Virus record (IMG/VR): IMGVR_UViG_3300043021_000113
From: a virus
Lineage: Duplodnaviria; Caudoviricetes
Reading direction: 5' to 3' (one strand)
DNA length: 64,000 nucleotides
A model generated the notes under the pieces. That model ran no database searches. It was not told the origin of the DNA and saw only the letters and a list, made by a program, of their open reading frames with translations. Below, piece by piece: positions 10,165 to 21,529 of the stretch (its first letter is position 1; every line of letters begins with the position of its first letter). A program made the position numbers and the translations under genes.

Positions 10165-10965
10165 TTACGCAAAATTAATTTCTGCAATTCTACTTACTGG
10201 AACATATCCAGGACCATTTAGGTTTGTACTTCCAGCAATAGTTACAGCTTTAATTGTTTTTAAGCAAAGTTCATTTTTGTAATGAGTAAATAACGGTTTA
10301 TGTAAATAATAAACATTGTTTTCTGTTGTTTTTACAATGTAACTTTTACCATAAACATAAGGCATCGGACGTTCTATTTTATCGTTAAAGATGAAATCTT
10401 CCAAAGAATAAGCTGCTATTGTGTCATTTTCTGTTAATTCATCTTTTTTGTCTATTTCCTCCAAAAAGCCTTCTATAATATATGCTATCGTTTCCTCGTC
10501 ATAATTTTTGGAAAGCTCTTCTATTGCATCTTTTATCTCATCAATAGCGATATTTAGTTTGTCCAATACCTCTAGTTCTTTCTCATCATTAACATCTACG
10601 AATTCTTCTTCATTCTCGTTAGAATCGTTTTGAATATTATTCAAAACATTTTCTACTTCATTAAGTTTGCATTCTGTTTCATAATCAATCGTGTTTCCAT
10701 CGTCATTTGTAAACTTAATCTTGATGTTTACTTTTTCTTTTTCTTCCTCTTCTTGTATTTTTGGTTCTTCTACTTCATCATCAGTTCCTCTGTTTACTAG
10801 TTCATCACTAACAACTTTTGAAGCTACATTAAGAGTTTTGAAAATTTCAAGTAATTTTGAATCTGTAATGTCACATAACGCATTATCGCTTACAAACTCA
10901 AGCATATTATCAAGGTTTACCATTGCGTCTACAAATTCAGCACACAAACATTTTTTAGAATTCAT
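10165..10965 (-). CDS. acidic hypothetical protein
   Basis: D/E-rich ORF. Confidence 0.75.
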   Translation of the reverse strand: MNSKKCLCAEFVDAMVNLDNMLEFVSDNALCDITDSKLLEIFKTLNVASKVVSDELVNRGTDDEVEEPKIQEEEEKEKVNIKIKFTNDDGNTIDYETECKLNEVENVLNNIQNDSNENEEEFVDVNDEKELEVLDKLNIAIDEIKDAIEELSKNYDEETIAYIIEGFLEEIDKKDELTENDTIAAYSLEDFIFNDKIERPMPYVYGKSYIVKTTENNVYYLHKPLFTHYKNELCLKTIKAVTIAGSTNLNGPGYVPVSRIAEINFA

Positions 10966-11041
10966 AATTTAAAATTAAAAAGTTAAACTGTTAAAATATT
11001 ATTTAATTATATATGTAATTAATAGATTTTATTTGTTCATT

Positions 11042-13662
11042 TTAAATCAATAAAAATTTGTTAATATCGAAAAAATCCTTTGATGTATAATAATTGCTCA
11101 TTGTTTCACAAGCTTTTTCAAACTCTTTTAAAACTTTATTTTCAATTATCATATCATTTGTTAAACTATCATTAGTTATTATTCCACCAATAGTTCTACA
11201 TCTAGACAAAGCAACGTATAATTGCCCAGAAGAAAAAATGTTTTTTATATTAAGCTTTACTGTATCAAAAGTTAAACCTTGGCTCTTGTGTATTGTAACA
11301 GCCCAAGCTAAACGTAAAGGAAATTGTGTTATTTTTCCCAATTCTTCTTGGGTTATTTCTTCTCCTTCTAATTTATACTTTTTGCTTATCCATTGATAAG
11401 GCTTAATATTTACTATTTCTCCATTGTCTAGTTTAACGGTTATTACATCCTCTCCAAAGCCTGTAATTTCCCCTGTAGAACCATTAAAAAATCTTCCGTT
11501 AGAATCATTAATAATGGTCATTACACGCGCTCCTAAGCGTAAAACAAGCTCTTTTTCGCAAGGTATAGAAGCTTCGTTAAACTCACCTTCTATTTTAGCT
11601 TTTGCTCTAATTAATTTTGAGCGTCCTAATTTAGCTAAATTTATTTTATCGGCTAAGTACTTATGCGTACAAAGTTCGACAAAATCAGAAGAATTAGTTT
11701 TATTCGAATTTTCTTTAAAATATTTTATATCTGATTTTGTAAGTTTATACTTTCTTACATTATTAAGAAGTTTTATAAATTCAGGGTCTTTCTGTCTAAA
11801 AATTTTGTTTAATTCTAAAATATGAAAACCTGTATTATTCCAAACTTTAGCATTAAAAAAGTAAAAATCATTATAAAAATTTTTAAGAATGTTTGCTTCT
11901 TCTTCTTTAACAACTGGTGGTAATTGGTAAAGATCACCAAACATGACTAACTGAACACCTCCAAATGGTTTTGAATCTTTATGCGCCCATCTTAAAATCT
12001 TATCTATATAATCCAAAACATCAGCTCTTACCATTGAAATTTCATCAATAAATAAAACGTCAATAGCTCTTAGCATTTTTTGCTTGAATTTTAATTTTGA
12101 ATAAGATATAGTACCATTTGGTGTTATAGGACCAAATGGTATTTGAAAAAGACTATGTAAAGTTGAACCTCCAACGTTAACTGCTGCTACTCCTGTTGGA
12201 GCTGCTACAATAACGTTTTTATTCTCTATAAGATTTAATAGATAATTTAATAAAACCGTTTTCGTTATGTTATCTTATAGGCTTTTTATCCTATAATTCT
12301 ATAAGTTATTAATTCCTTATAGTCCAGCATACATTTTCACCCTTGACTTAACCATTAGGGTGTTGGGCACTCTTGGAGATATTATATTTATTCAATCTCT
12401 ATGCGTTACACTGTTTCAGAACCTATACGAAATTTCTGAAATTAGCACGGTATTAGCATTCCAGCCTTCACCGTTTTTACCCAATAATAATCTTTATGAT
12501 TTCTCATAAAGACGGCAATATTCTAAATATCGTTCATACTTGCGATCTAAGTATATAGTTGCGTTTTTGTATATTTGAGTTAAAAATTTATAACCTTTTA
12601 AATTTGAATAATAAATTTCTTTAGTTATGTTATTATTACTTCTTGGATTAGCATTAGTTTTTGCTTCTTTAAATGGTATATCTTCTATGTAGTCTTGCAT
12701 TTTTTCTAAAAAATTTTTAGTTCCTAATAAAGAACAAGTCATTTTTGTATGTTCCTTGTTTTGATAACTAATACAACCATCCCCGTCAAAATAACCTCTA
12801 ATAAAATGAAGTATAAGATCTTGTGATTTAAAAATTGAAATATCTGGAAATGTTAAAATTAAAGATTTTCTAGGTACAACACCCAAATTATTTAATGCAG
12901 TCCAAATAGTTTTGTTATTACAACCCCATCTGCAACGTTCGCATTCTTTGTCTCCACATTTAACCTTGCTAATCCTAACTCTTTCAGAATCAGTGCATTT
13001 TATAAATTTATTAAATTTTTCTAAATGTCCAGCATCTGAACCCTTTAGTGATATTTCAAAATCATAACAATCTTTTCCAACATAACCGTCAGCATAAATA
13101 AAACCTAACCAATAAGCTTTTTCTTCAGTATCAATTGTATTAAATACATTTTCATTAAAACGTGGTCTATTTTGATAATTAATTATTTTTATACCCATTT
13201 TCTTTAATCTTCTAATTAAAGCGTCACGAGTCAGACCATATTTTACAGCAATTTTAGTAGCGCTTGGCTCTTGATTATTATTTAATGCTTCTATATATTC
13301 ATCTTGTGCATGTTTAAATGCTATAATTTGCTTAAGGTTTATTCCACCTTGTGCAAGATAACCTCTACGCTTTAATTCATCATCAAGCGTGCGGTCTTTT
13401 AATTTTAACTCTTTTTTTACAGCTCTTACAGGACCAAATCCTGATAAGTACAACTCTATTCCTTTTTCTATTATTTCTTGATTCATACATTTGTATTATA
13501 AAATACAAATATATAAAATAAATAATAGAAACGCAAGTTATGGAAACTTTATTATTTACTACCACTTCCAGCTTTGCCTGTCAAGAATAAATGCTCTCCT
13601 TTATCTATCACAATACTTACAGCCTTTTTCATTTCATCTGTAATTATTATTTCTTGTTGCAT
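11042..13662 (-). CDS. PIF1/RecD-like SF1B helicase, spliced: exons 13662-13561 and 12262-11042
   Basis: Joining restores Walker A GKAGSG|KT; APTGVAA, DEISMV, GDLYQLPPV, HKSQGLT, YVALSR. Confidence 0.93.
12263..13560 (-). mobile_element. group I intron in helicase Walker A
   Basis: U at 5' exon end and terminal G; P7 GCAUA/UAUGC; core resembles the TerL intron (GGAAUG(C/U)UAAUACCG). Confidence 0.85.
12494..13486 (-). CDS. intron-encoded LAGLIDADG homing endonuclease
   Basis: LGFIYADG and IRGYFDGDG; own TATATTTG promoter at 13506-13513. Confidence 0.9.
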   Translation of the reverse strand: MNQEIIEKGIELYLSGFGPVRAVKKELKLKDRTLDDELKRRGYLAQGGINLKQIIAFKHAQDEYIEALNNNQEPSATKIAVKYGLTRDALIRRLKKMGIKIINYQNRPRFNENVFNTIDTEEKAYWLGFIYADGYVGKDCYDFEISLKGSDAGHLEKFNKFIKCTDSERVRISKVKCGDKECERCRWGCNNKTIWTALNNLGVVPRKSLILTFPDISIFKSQDLILHFIRGYFDGDGCISYQNKEHTKMTCSLLGTKNFLEKMQDYIEDIPFKEAKTNANPRSNNNITKEIYYSNLKGYKFLTQIYKNATIYLDRKYERYLEYCRLYEKS

Positions 13663-13674
13663 AATTAAAATTTT

Positions 13675-15885
13675 TTAAGAGCATTTAGACCAGCCGCAAT
13701 TTTGACATTGAGAGCAACCACCTTGTGCTACAATACCTTTTGTTTTGCATTCTGGACAAAAACCAAGCTCTAATTCATCTTTAATATAAGTTAAATCAAT
13801 TTGAGGTTTTTTAATTACTATTTCTTCTTTGTTTGCTTGTGCCATAATGTCTTTTATAGCATTAGCAATTGCTGATGGACAACAAGCACCAGGGCTTGTG
13901 TCTTTCTTTGTGGCACGTCTAACTGCATAAGAAGGACACGTACCGCAACTTATCAATTGATCAAGTATTGCTTCAGTAGAAATTCCACCTCTAGCAGCTA
14001 ACGAAACCATACGTGACAGAGACACCATAAAGTTTTGGCAGCCACCAGTTGATCCTTTAGATAAATAAATTTCTTTTAATTGTTTTGTTGCTTTATCTAC
14101 ATATACGTTTACATGTAAAGTTCCACAACCAGTCATAATTGTTCTTTTTAACCCTAAATAATCATCGCTTGGACGTTCAATTTCTCCTCGCTTTAATTCT
14201 TTAATATCAGAAGATTTTTGTTCTTTTTCTTTATTAATCGATAAAATAGGATCTCTTGATCCTTCAACATATATTGTCTGTCCTTTTAAACCTTCAGACC
14301 AACTTTTAATATAAAGTTTCTTTACTTCTTCAAGAGTAATTGTACTTTTTAAATTAATAGTTGTTGAAATTCCAGTGTCTGTTGCATCCTGTAAAGCAGC
14401 TTGCATTGCTATTTTATCTTTCCAGCTTATATCTTGAGCTGTAACAAAATAATTTGGTAATTCTCCTTTTGGATGAACTTTTCTGTATTCTTTAACAATT
14501 CCAGCTTGTACCTTATAAACTTTTTCTTCATTATTTAACGATTTTGTTTTTCTGTTAAATTCTAAAGCAAAGTTAACTTCTACACCCGTAGAAACTCCAA
14601 TCATGGTTCCAATTGACCCAGTTGGCGCAACAGATAACAAACTACAGTTTCTCAATCTATTTGTTTTCTTAAAATAAGTTATCTTTTCTCCATCTACATT
14701 TCTTCTTATAATGTCAGAATCCCAAACTTCTTTAGTATAACCAGGAAAACTTCCACGATCAAGTCCTAAGTTTACACTAGCCATTAAAACTTCATTAAAA
14801 ATGAAATTTTGAAGTCTTTTAGCAAATCTTACTGCATCATTTGAACCATAAGTCATGCCAAGCTTAATTAAAGCATCAGCTAAACCCATAATTCCAATGC
14901 CTATATTTCTAAACTTACGTGAAGCTTCCCTTTGTTCTGGTAAAGGATGTCTTCTCATTCCTTCTTCTAATACATCATCCATTGCTAGAGTCATTACTGG
15001 AATATCAGCTGCTAACTCTTTAAAATTAAACCATGAATTATTAGTAAATGGATTTTTAACATAAGCTGAAACATTAATTGAAGATAAATTGCACGAAGAA
15101 TTTTTGTGAAGAGGTTGTTCCCCGCATGGATTTGTGGTTTCTATGTTATAAGAAGCTACATGCTGCATTATATTATAATTTCGCATTCTTTCTGTAAACA
15201 AAACTCCAGGTTCTGCAGATCTAATCGCTGATTCACAAATCTTGGTAAATATAAATGGAGCATCTATTTCATAAGTTAAACCAAAGTTTTTAACTTTTAA
15301 TTTTTTATTATCAACTACAGCTTGCATGAATTCATCGCTAAGCTCTACTGATAAATTAGCATTAAGAATCTTTGTTTTATCTTCTTTTATTGTTATAAAA
15401 TCTAAAATTTGTGGATGCATAGCATCAAGAGACATTAGCAAAGCTCCTTTTCTTGATCCACCTTGAGATATACTAGCTGTTGTTTGATTAAATAACTCCA
15501 TAAAAGGAATTATTCCGTCTGATTCATAACGTCCATTAATTAAAGCACCTTTAGGTCTAATTTTTGATAAACTCAATCCTTGGCCACCTTGTGCTTTATA
15601 AGTTAAAGCAATATTTTTGTTCACTTGCATTATATCTTCCAAGCTATCTTTTACATAGCCAGAAGAATAACAATTACTTAAACTCGACCCATCGTTTACT
15701 CCTCTATTACTTAAAGTTCTACCACCAAATAGAAACTTTTTATTAATAATTAGGTTTTTAACTTCTGAATTACCTTGACTTACTCTTTCGAGCCATTGTT
15801 CGAAACTTTCGTTATTATAACAATATTTTTTCGTCCAAATATCAATTCCTAATTGATCGTTGTTTAACCATTCATTAATAGTCAT
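13675..15885 (-). CDS. nrdJ: class II (adenosylcobalamin-dependent) ribonucleotide reductase
   Basis: SNCY, TNPCGEQ, CNL, APTG, C-terminal Cys clusters; no beta subunit nearby; start at MTINEWL. Confidence 0.9.
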   Translation of the reverse strand: MTINEWLNNDQLGIDIWTKKYCYNNESFEQWLERVSQGNSEVKNLIINKKFLFGGRTLSNRGVNDGSSLSNCYSSGYVKDSLEDIMQVNKNIALTYKAQGGQGLSLSKIRPKGALINGRYESDGIIPFMELFNQTTASISQGGSRKGALLMSLDAMHPQILDFITIKEDKTKILNANLSVELSDEFMQAVVDNKKLKVKNFGLTYEIDAPFIFTKICESAIRSAEPGVLFTERMRNYNIMQHVASYNIETTNPCGEQPLHKNSSCNLSSINVSAYVKNPFTNNSWFNFKELAADIPVMTLAMDDVLEEGMRRHPLPEQREASRKFRNIGIGIMGLADALIKLGMTYGSNDAVRFAKRLQNFIFNEVLMASVNLGLDRGSFPGYTKEVWDSDIIRRNVDGEKITYFKKTNRLRNCSLLSVAPTGSIGTMIGVSTGVEVNFALEFNRKTKSLNNEEKVYKVQAGIVKEYRKVHPKGELPNYFVTAQDISWKDKIAMQAALQDATDTGISTTINLKSTITLEEVKKLYIKSWSEGLKGQTIYVEGSRDPILSINKEKEQKSSDIKELKRGEIERPSDDYLGLKRTIMTGCGTLHVNVYVDKATKQLKEIYLSKGSTGGCQNFMVSLSRMVSLAARGGISTEAILDQLISCGTCPSYAVRRATKKDTSPGACCPSAIANAIKDIMAQANKEEIVIKKPQIDLTYIKDELELGFCPECKTKGIVAQGGCSQCQNCGWSKCS

Positions 15886-15911
15886 TTTTAAATTAGTTTT
15901 AAATATTAAAG

Positions 15912-15948
15912 AAAAAAAAAGAGGGCCCAGAATCACTTCTGAACCCTC
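15912..15948 (-). terminator. intrinsic terminator
   Basis: GAGGGUUCAGAA...UUCUGGGCCCUC followed by a U-run. Confidence 0.7.
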
Positions 15949-16266
15949 CCGAATTAATAACCACATAAATAAAACACAAAAGCTCTTTCCCTATAATAAG
16001 CGTTTAGACAATAATTAAAACAAGAACTAAGACCACCACACCAACAATGACCAGGACAAAGGAAAATTTGGGGTGCAGTGCGAAAATACATATTTAACTA
16101 TAGAGTGAAAATGACTTATTAAGGGAACAAAGGAAAAGCAAAAATCTTGATCGTTTATTATGTAAACAATAAAAAATAAAAGGAGATATTAATTTTTAAA
16201 CTTTTAAATTAAGAATTAAAAATCATCGATAAAATTTTTAACATTTCCTTTGGCTTTTGTGCTTAT

Positions 16267-17106
16267 TTAAGCCAGAGTAATCAAGAATTGATAAATTAAT
16301 TTTAAATTCTCTGGAATGGTTATTTTCTGTTTTGAAAGATTACTTAGCATGTTTACTTTGTATTCTTCACAAGCTGTATGTAAATTTTCTCTTATATTTG
16401 AAAATTCATCAAAAGCTCGATTATAATCTTCTAAACGTTTCACAGTTTCTACTGTTACTTTATCGTTAATTTTACTTTTTAAATAATTAAGTTTCTTTTG
16501 AGATTCTCTGTATTCTTCGTTTATTTCAAAGAAAAATGCGTTAAAATCTGTTTCCTTAATTACTAAAGATCTTTTATTTACTATTACATCTCTTCCGGTT
16601 CCTTCTATATTACAAGGATTTTGTTTAACAGACGTTATTTGTCCTTTTAAATCGTTAATAAATCCTGAATGTAAAGCTTTTCCCAAATGAGCTGTTCTAG
16701 CTTCTAATCCGTAAAACTCCGCTTTTTCTTCTTCTGACATTTCAGAAATTGCGTCTTCTTCTGTATAAGATACAAATTGAGGACCAACTGGTTTTTCTTT
16801 ACCTGTTATTTCTAAATATTCCTCTAATTTGATATTACTTATTTTTTCCGCTTCTTTAGTAAGCCGCTTTATTTCTTCTCCAATATATGCTGAAAAACTG
16901 TAAAGTTGACATATTCTTTGGAGGTTTTCTTTTAAACTTTTGAATTCTATTTCGCTACCATTTACTGTTTTATAACTTGAATTTGTGTTAAGCAGTGTCA
17001 TTGTGTTTTCATAACATTTTACACTGTTAAGCTCTACTAACAAACGATCTGCAACTTCTTTACAAAGGTTTTTTAAATGGTTAGCTTCTGATTTTGTAAT
17101 TCCCAT
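16267..17106 (-). CDS. coiled-coil hypothetical protein
   Basis: 279-aa helical ORF. Confidence 0.8.
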   Translation of the reverse strand: MGITKSEANHLKNLCKEVADRLLVELNSVKCYENTMTLLNTNSSYKTVNGSEIEFKSLKENLQRICQLYSFSAYIGEEIKRLTKEAEKISNIKLEEYLEITGKEKPVGPQFVSYTEEDAISEMSEEEKAEFYGLEARTAHLGKALHSGFINDLKGQITSVKQNPCNIEGTGRDVIVNKRSLVIKETDFNAFFFEINEEYRESQKKLNYLKSKINDKVTVETVKRLEDYNRAFDEFSNIRENLHTACEEYKVNMLSNLSKQKITIPENLKLIYQFLITLA

Positions 17107-17118
17107 TTTAAATATCTT

Positions 17119-17457
17119 TTATGCTAAGCAAACATAAATCTTTTCTTTATCAATACATTTGCTCATAAGTTCTTTTAATTCTTTAGCATCTTGCAATGTT
17201 TGACTGTATTTTCTATGTTCAGTTGATATTTCTTGCTTAATGCGTTTTATATCAGCACTTATTGCTCTAAGAATTGCTCGTAAGCCATGTGCATCGTCAA
17301 TTAATCTTAAAACTCTTGGTTTGTCATAATCAGAAATAAAATGCAATCTAGGATATAATCCTAATTGCTTTTTGTTTATATCTCTAAGCTTAAGAAAATT
17401 GCGATATTGTTTCTTTAATTGTTCGTATTCTTTATAAAGCTTTTTTACCTTTTTCAT
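17119..17457 (-). CDS. hypothetical protein
   Basis: ORF. Confidence 0.65.
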   Translation of the reverse strand: MKKVKKLYKEYEQLKKQYRNFLKLRDINKKQLGLYPRLHFISDYDKPRVLRLIDDAHGLRAILRAISADIKRIKQEISTEHRKYSQTLQDAKELKELMSKCIDKEKIYVCLA

Positions 17458-17752
17458 TTAAATTTTCAATAAAAATTTTTGTTATTACGTCAATATTATT
17501 TGTTATTTGCCAATAAATATCAATCTTCTTTTCTTTTTCTCCTGTTGGCCAATCTTTAAGTATTATTTCATATTCACATCGAGCCCAAAATTGATATTTT
17601 GACCAATGAAGAATAAAATTTTTGAATTCTTCAAAAGTCTTGGGCTTTTCTTGATTTCTTGAGTAGATATTTAAAAGGTATGGCATAATGTCATACCCTT
17701 TAAATTCTCTACTGTTGAAGTCATAAATTATACAATTAAAACTTCTAATCAT
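17432..17752 (-). CDS. hypothetical phage protein
   Basis: YQFWARCEYEIIL..WP...KIDIY.Q motif. Confidence 0.75.
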   Translation of the reverse strand: MIRSFNCIIYDFNSREFKGYDIMPYLLNIYSRNQEKPKTFEEFKNFILHWSKYQFWARCEYEIILKDWPTGEKEKKIDIYWQITNNIDVITKIFIENLNEKGKKAL

Positions 17753-17765
17753 TATTATTAACTTT

Positions 17766-18877
17766 CTATTTTAAATGTAAAAACTCTGTCTCTATCATTG
17801 ACTTTGACATTAGAATTTCACCTTGTAAATGTAAGAATTCATTTATAATACTACGTGAAGTGCTCATTTTGATTTCTGTTGATTCTAGTTCTAACATTAA
17901 ATCTTCAATCACATTGTACATTTGGTTTAATTCTTCTTTTACGTTATTTTCAAATTCTATTATTGTCATTATATAAACTCCTAACTTCTTTTATTACACA
18001 CTCAACACCCATTGCTATTTCTAGCAACTCATCATCTATTGCTTCATAAGTTTCATCGTCTAGCTCGTCTTCGTCTATTTCATCCAATAACTCGCTAAGC
18101 TCTATTAACTCTTCTTTAATTTCTAGAAGTCTAGCTTCTAACATTTCGTGGTATTCTTTAAATTTCATGGGTAACTTTTTATTTTCTTAACTGTTTTTAT
18201 ACATTTTTTCAAATTGTCTTTTTCTATCGCAAAAACGATTTTTAACATTGAAGTTTCAATGTTTGAATTCTTAACTTCTGTTTTAGAAAATACTTCCATA
18301 TCATCTAAAATCAGTTTTAATTCATTAAGAACTAATATTTTATAGTTAGAAAAAGAAATTCCGTTTTCGTAACATTCAATTTTGAATTCTTCTAATTTGT
18401 AATTAGCATTGTTTATACTGTTAAGTTCATTTTCTATGTCCCATCTTAATTTAACAATAGCACCTTTAATATCAAAAACTCCTTCATAATTATTAGAGTT
18501 TACTTCTATAAAAGCAATAGAATTTAATTTATCTGTAATTTTTTTTAGCTTTTCTATTATAAGCCTTCTGTATCTTCCGTGTGTTAACATTTAAAATCTC
18601 GTTTAGTTCAATAACTGCTGGCATAGGCCAAATCTCAACAATACTTCCTCGCATATATTCAAGCTCTGCTTGAACTAAGCGTCGTTTATTTGACAATAAC
18701 ATTTTACCAATCTTCAAGTTCTCCAAATTGGCTATCTAAGAAATCTTCTGTTTCTTGTTGCCAATCTTCGGAGTCATTAAAATTAGTTTCATTATCGAAA
18801 AATTCTGCTAATTCTTCGTAATTTTCGAAAATTTCATTATCTAATGTTTCGAAAACTTTTGTTTTCTTCTGTTTCAT
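17766..18877 (-). CDS. cluster of five small helical/acidic ORFs (17766-17969, 17950-18168, 18165-18590, 18529-18726, 18704-18877)
   Basis: Overlapping co-oriented ORFs; 18704-18877 read manually. Confidence 0.6.
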
Positions 18878-19203
18878 AATTTATTTTTCTTTTTATATTT
18901 GCAATTGTCGCATTTGTGATTATGTGGGTGTCCTAAATACCAATCATGACCTAAGCAAGCAAGAGTTAACATTCCAATTGCTACTACGGATCCAATGACA
19001 ATGAATAATTCCATATAAGATGTTTTTTTGATCTTTCCCAGTCATTGTTCATTTGGTAAATTAACGCTAAAAGTGCAATCACTATTGCAATAACTGAAAA
19101 AATATTTAATAAGTTACTTTTTATTTTTTGTTTCACATTTACTTTTTTATAATTCACGAAGTTTAAGCTCTGAAAAAGCAATTAAACCTTTAAAATCTAA
19201 AAA

Positions 19204-19467
19204 TTAAGTCCATATATTATCAAAAACTTTTTCTTTGCATTTCTCGATTTTCTTTAATAAAAGCTCATCAATTGATCCATTCCATAGTTCCACTTGTTCA
19301 TTTGAAAGCATAGTAGATGGATAAATACAAATCATTTCTTCATTTTCGAAATCATAAACTATTACATAAGCAGAAATAAAATCATAGTTATTTATTAATT
19401 TATTAATATAATAAAAAACTTCATGATCTACTACTTTATAAATTGAACCTAATTTTAATTCTTCCAT
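19204..19467 (-). CDS. hypothetical protein
   Basis: ORF. Confidence 0.65.
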   Translation of the reverse strand: MEELKLGSIYKVVDHEVFYYINKLINNYDFISAYVIVYDFENEEMICIYPSTMLSNEQVELWNGSIDELLLKKIEKCKEKVFDNIWT

Positions 19468-19469
19468 AA

Positions 19470-19868
19470 TTAAACAGCTTTAAATACTAAATAACCATTA
19501 GATTTTAAAAGTTTAATCGCTTTTTCAATTTCAACCTTTCTCTGAGCGTTCCAATCAGCCGTTTCATCATCTATAACGATAACTTCTGGCTTCTCTTCTT
19601 TAGGTCTATTTCTAGCGTAAATCTCTTTCGATATATTATACGCTGTTTTATACATGAATTCAACCTTACCCATATAAAGAGGTTCTGTTTGAGTAACAAA
19701 ATAACTTCTGTCCTCACTGTCTTCTTTTACAAAGCCAGATTCTTTAATGGCTCTATAAAAATAAGTATTCGAATAAATTTTCGAAATCTCAGTCTTAAAC
19801 TCACTTTTAAGAAATTTCTTCCCTCGTAGCTTATTAAGCTGAGTTGTCATTTTTTCTATGTTTACCAT
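19470..19868 (-). CDS. hypothetical protein
   Basis: C-terminal AIKLLKSNGYLVFK motif. Confidence 0.75.
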   Translation of the reverse strand: MVNIEKMTTQLNKLRGKKFLKSEFKTEISKIYSNTYFYRAIKESGFVKEDSEDRSYFVTQTEPLYMGKVEFMYKTAYNISKEIYARNRPKEEKPEVIVIDDETADWNAQRKVEIEKAIKLLKSNGYLVFKAV

Positions 19869-19914
19869 AATAAAAATGGCAGTTCACCTATACACTGCCA
19901 GGTTTTAAAAATGT

Positions 19915-21513
19915 TTATGATTCTATATTTATAATTTCATCATTAAGTTTACAATTGATAATTTTTATGTCTTTTGAACTAGAAGCACCAGGTATAAATG
20001 TATAATATACATTTTCTCCAACAACTGTAAAACATTTTATCATTTCACAATTTACAAATTCACTTCCAGGATTTGCTGTATGAACAAAACCTCCTATATC
20101 ATTACTACTACTCATGCTACTTTTAAGTCCCATGCTTTTATCAAATGATATATTATAACATTTTGTATTAGCACCTAAATATCCAGCAAAAAATCCCACA
20201 TATCGCTGAGCTGTTATTTTAGAAGAACTACTCTTTGGACTTATTGTTATATTAGAATAACTACAATTATTACCTCCATATCCAATTACACTACCAAAAT
20301 AATGACCATAAGTAGAATATAACTTAAGATCTCCATTAATATTTATATTATTAATTGTAGTATTATTATCTACATATCCAGCAACTATTCCAACATAATA
20401 ATCAACTTCACCTTTTGTAAGATCCAAACTAACATTAGAAAATGTAATATTACTAATTACTCCATTATTAACATTTCCAAAAAAACCCATATAGTTTTTT
20501 ATTCCCATATAGTTTGTTGCTTTAAGATTGTTAATAGTATATTTTTGACCATCAAAAGTTCCTTCAAATGGATTATCTACATTACCAATTGGTGTCCAAA
20601 TTCCTAATTCAATATCAGCTATTAATTTAATAACTTTTCCTTTATAACTATTCCCATTATTTACTTCATCACGAAAAGCTTTTAATTCTTCTAAATTTGA
20701 AATTTCAAGATCAGCTTTTGCTTCAATATCACTGGTAAGCTTGTTCCATTCTTTAGAAAGAATAATATTAAATGTTGGATTTGTTCCGCTAAAATCATCA
20801 ACCCATATTTCAGTAGTTGTGTTTGGAAGAACTTTTACAGTTTTAACAAATACTTTATTATTAGCAGTAACTTTTACTGTTGCACTTGTTATTGATGAAT
20901 CAATAAAACCAAATGCTTCAGCAACTATACTTGATCCTGGAGTATATGTTTTTTTAATATATAATGGATTTTCTTTATCAATAACAACTTTTCCAGTTGA
21001 AACATCAAATTTTGTTCCTAAACCTTCAATTTCAATTTCTGCTGATTCTGCAACTTTATCAACACCTTGTGATAAAACTTGAATTTTAGCATAAGGTCTT
21101 GTTAAAGGAACATCAACAGGAGCCATTATTTCTGAAACACTAATTGGTGTTGATGCATAAAAAGAATCTTCATTGTCTAAATCTGTAGTATATGTTCCAT
21201 CAAATTTTGATTTATCACCACCACCAGATAACCAAAAATTAAAAGTGTAATCTTGACCAATTACTACTGTTTCATTTATTGTAGCACTATTACCTGAAAC
21301 TGTAGCATCTTTTACTTCTTTTGTTTCTTGATTAAAACAATAAAACAACTTGCTTGTATCATTTGCTTTAGTTCCTAAATGGCTAGCATCAAAAGATACA
21401 TTAAAACTGACTGTTCTTGTTTCTCCAGTTTCTATTACCTCTTCACTATCTTTAGCACATGAAAACATGGCTAAAGAAGCCATGCTCATTGCTATTAAAT
21501 TTTTAAGTTTCAT
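19915..21513 (-). CDS. Bacteroidota-type surface lipoprotein (fimbrillin-like N domain plus beta-helix-like C domain), paralog 3
   Basis: Lipobox MFSC then AKDSEE; L.RPYAKI; W.PIGN...FDGQ.YTI.NL. Confidence 0.75.
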   Translation of the reverse strand: MKLKNLIAMSMASLAMFSCAKDSEEVIETGETRTVSFNVSFDASHLGTKANDTSKLFYCFNQETKEVKDATVSGNSATINETVVIGQDYTFNFWLSGGGDKSKFDGTYTTDLDNEDSFYASTPISVSEIMAPVDVPLTRPYAKIQVLSQGVDKVAESAEIEIEGLGTKFDVSTGKVVIDKENPLYIKKTYTPGSSIVAEAFGFIDSSITSATVKVTANNKVFVKTVKVLPNTTTEIWVDDFSGTNPTFNIILSKEWNKLTSDIEAKADLEISNLEELKAFRDEVNNGNSYKGKVIKLIADIELGIWTPIGNVDNPFEGTFDGQKYTINNLKATNYMGIKNYMGFFGNVNNGVISNITFSNVSLDLTKGEVDYYVGIVAGYVDNNTTINNININGDLKLYSTYGHYFGSVIGYGGNNCSYSNITISPKSSSSKITAQRYVGFFAGYLGANTKCYNISFDKSMGLKSSMSSSNDIGGFVHTANPGSEFVNCEMIKCFTVVGENVYYTFIPGASSSKDIKIINCKLNDEIINIES

Positions 21514-21529
21514 AATTTAAAAGATTAAT

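Noticed and set aside
15886-15966. N-terminal extension of RNR in the track
   Set aside because: Runs through a terminator hairpin; ATG 15885 has the typical A-rich leader.
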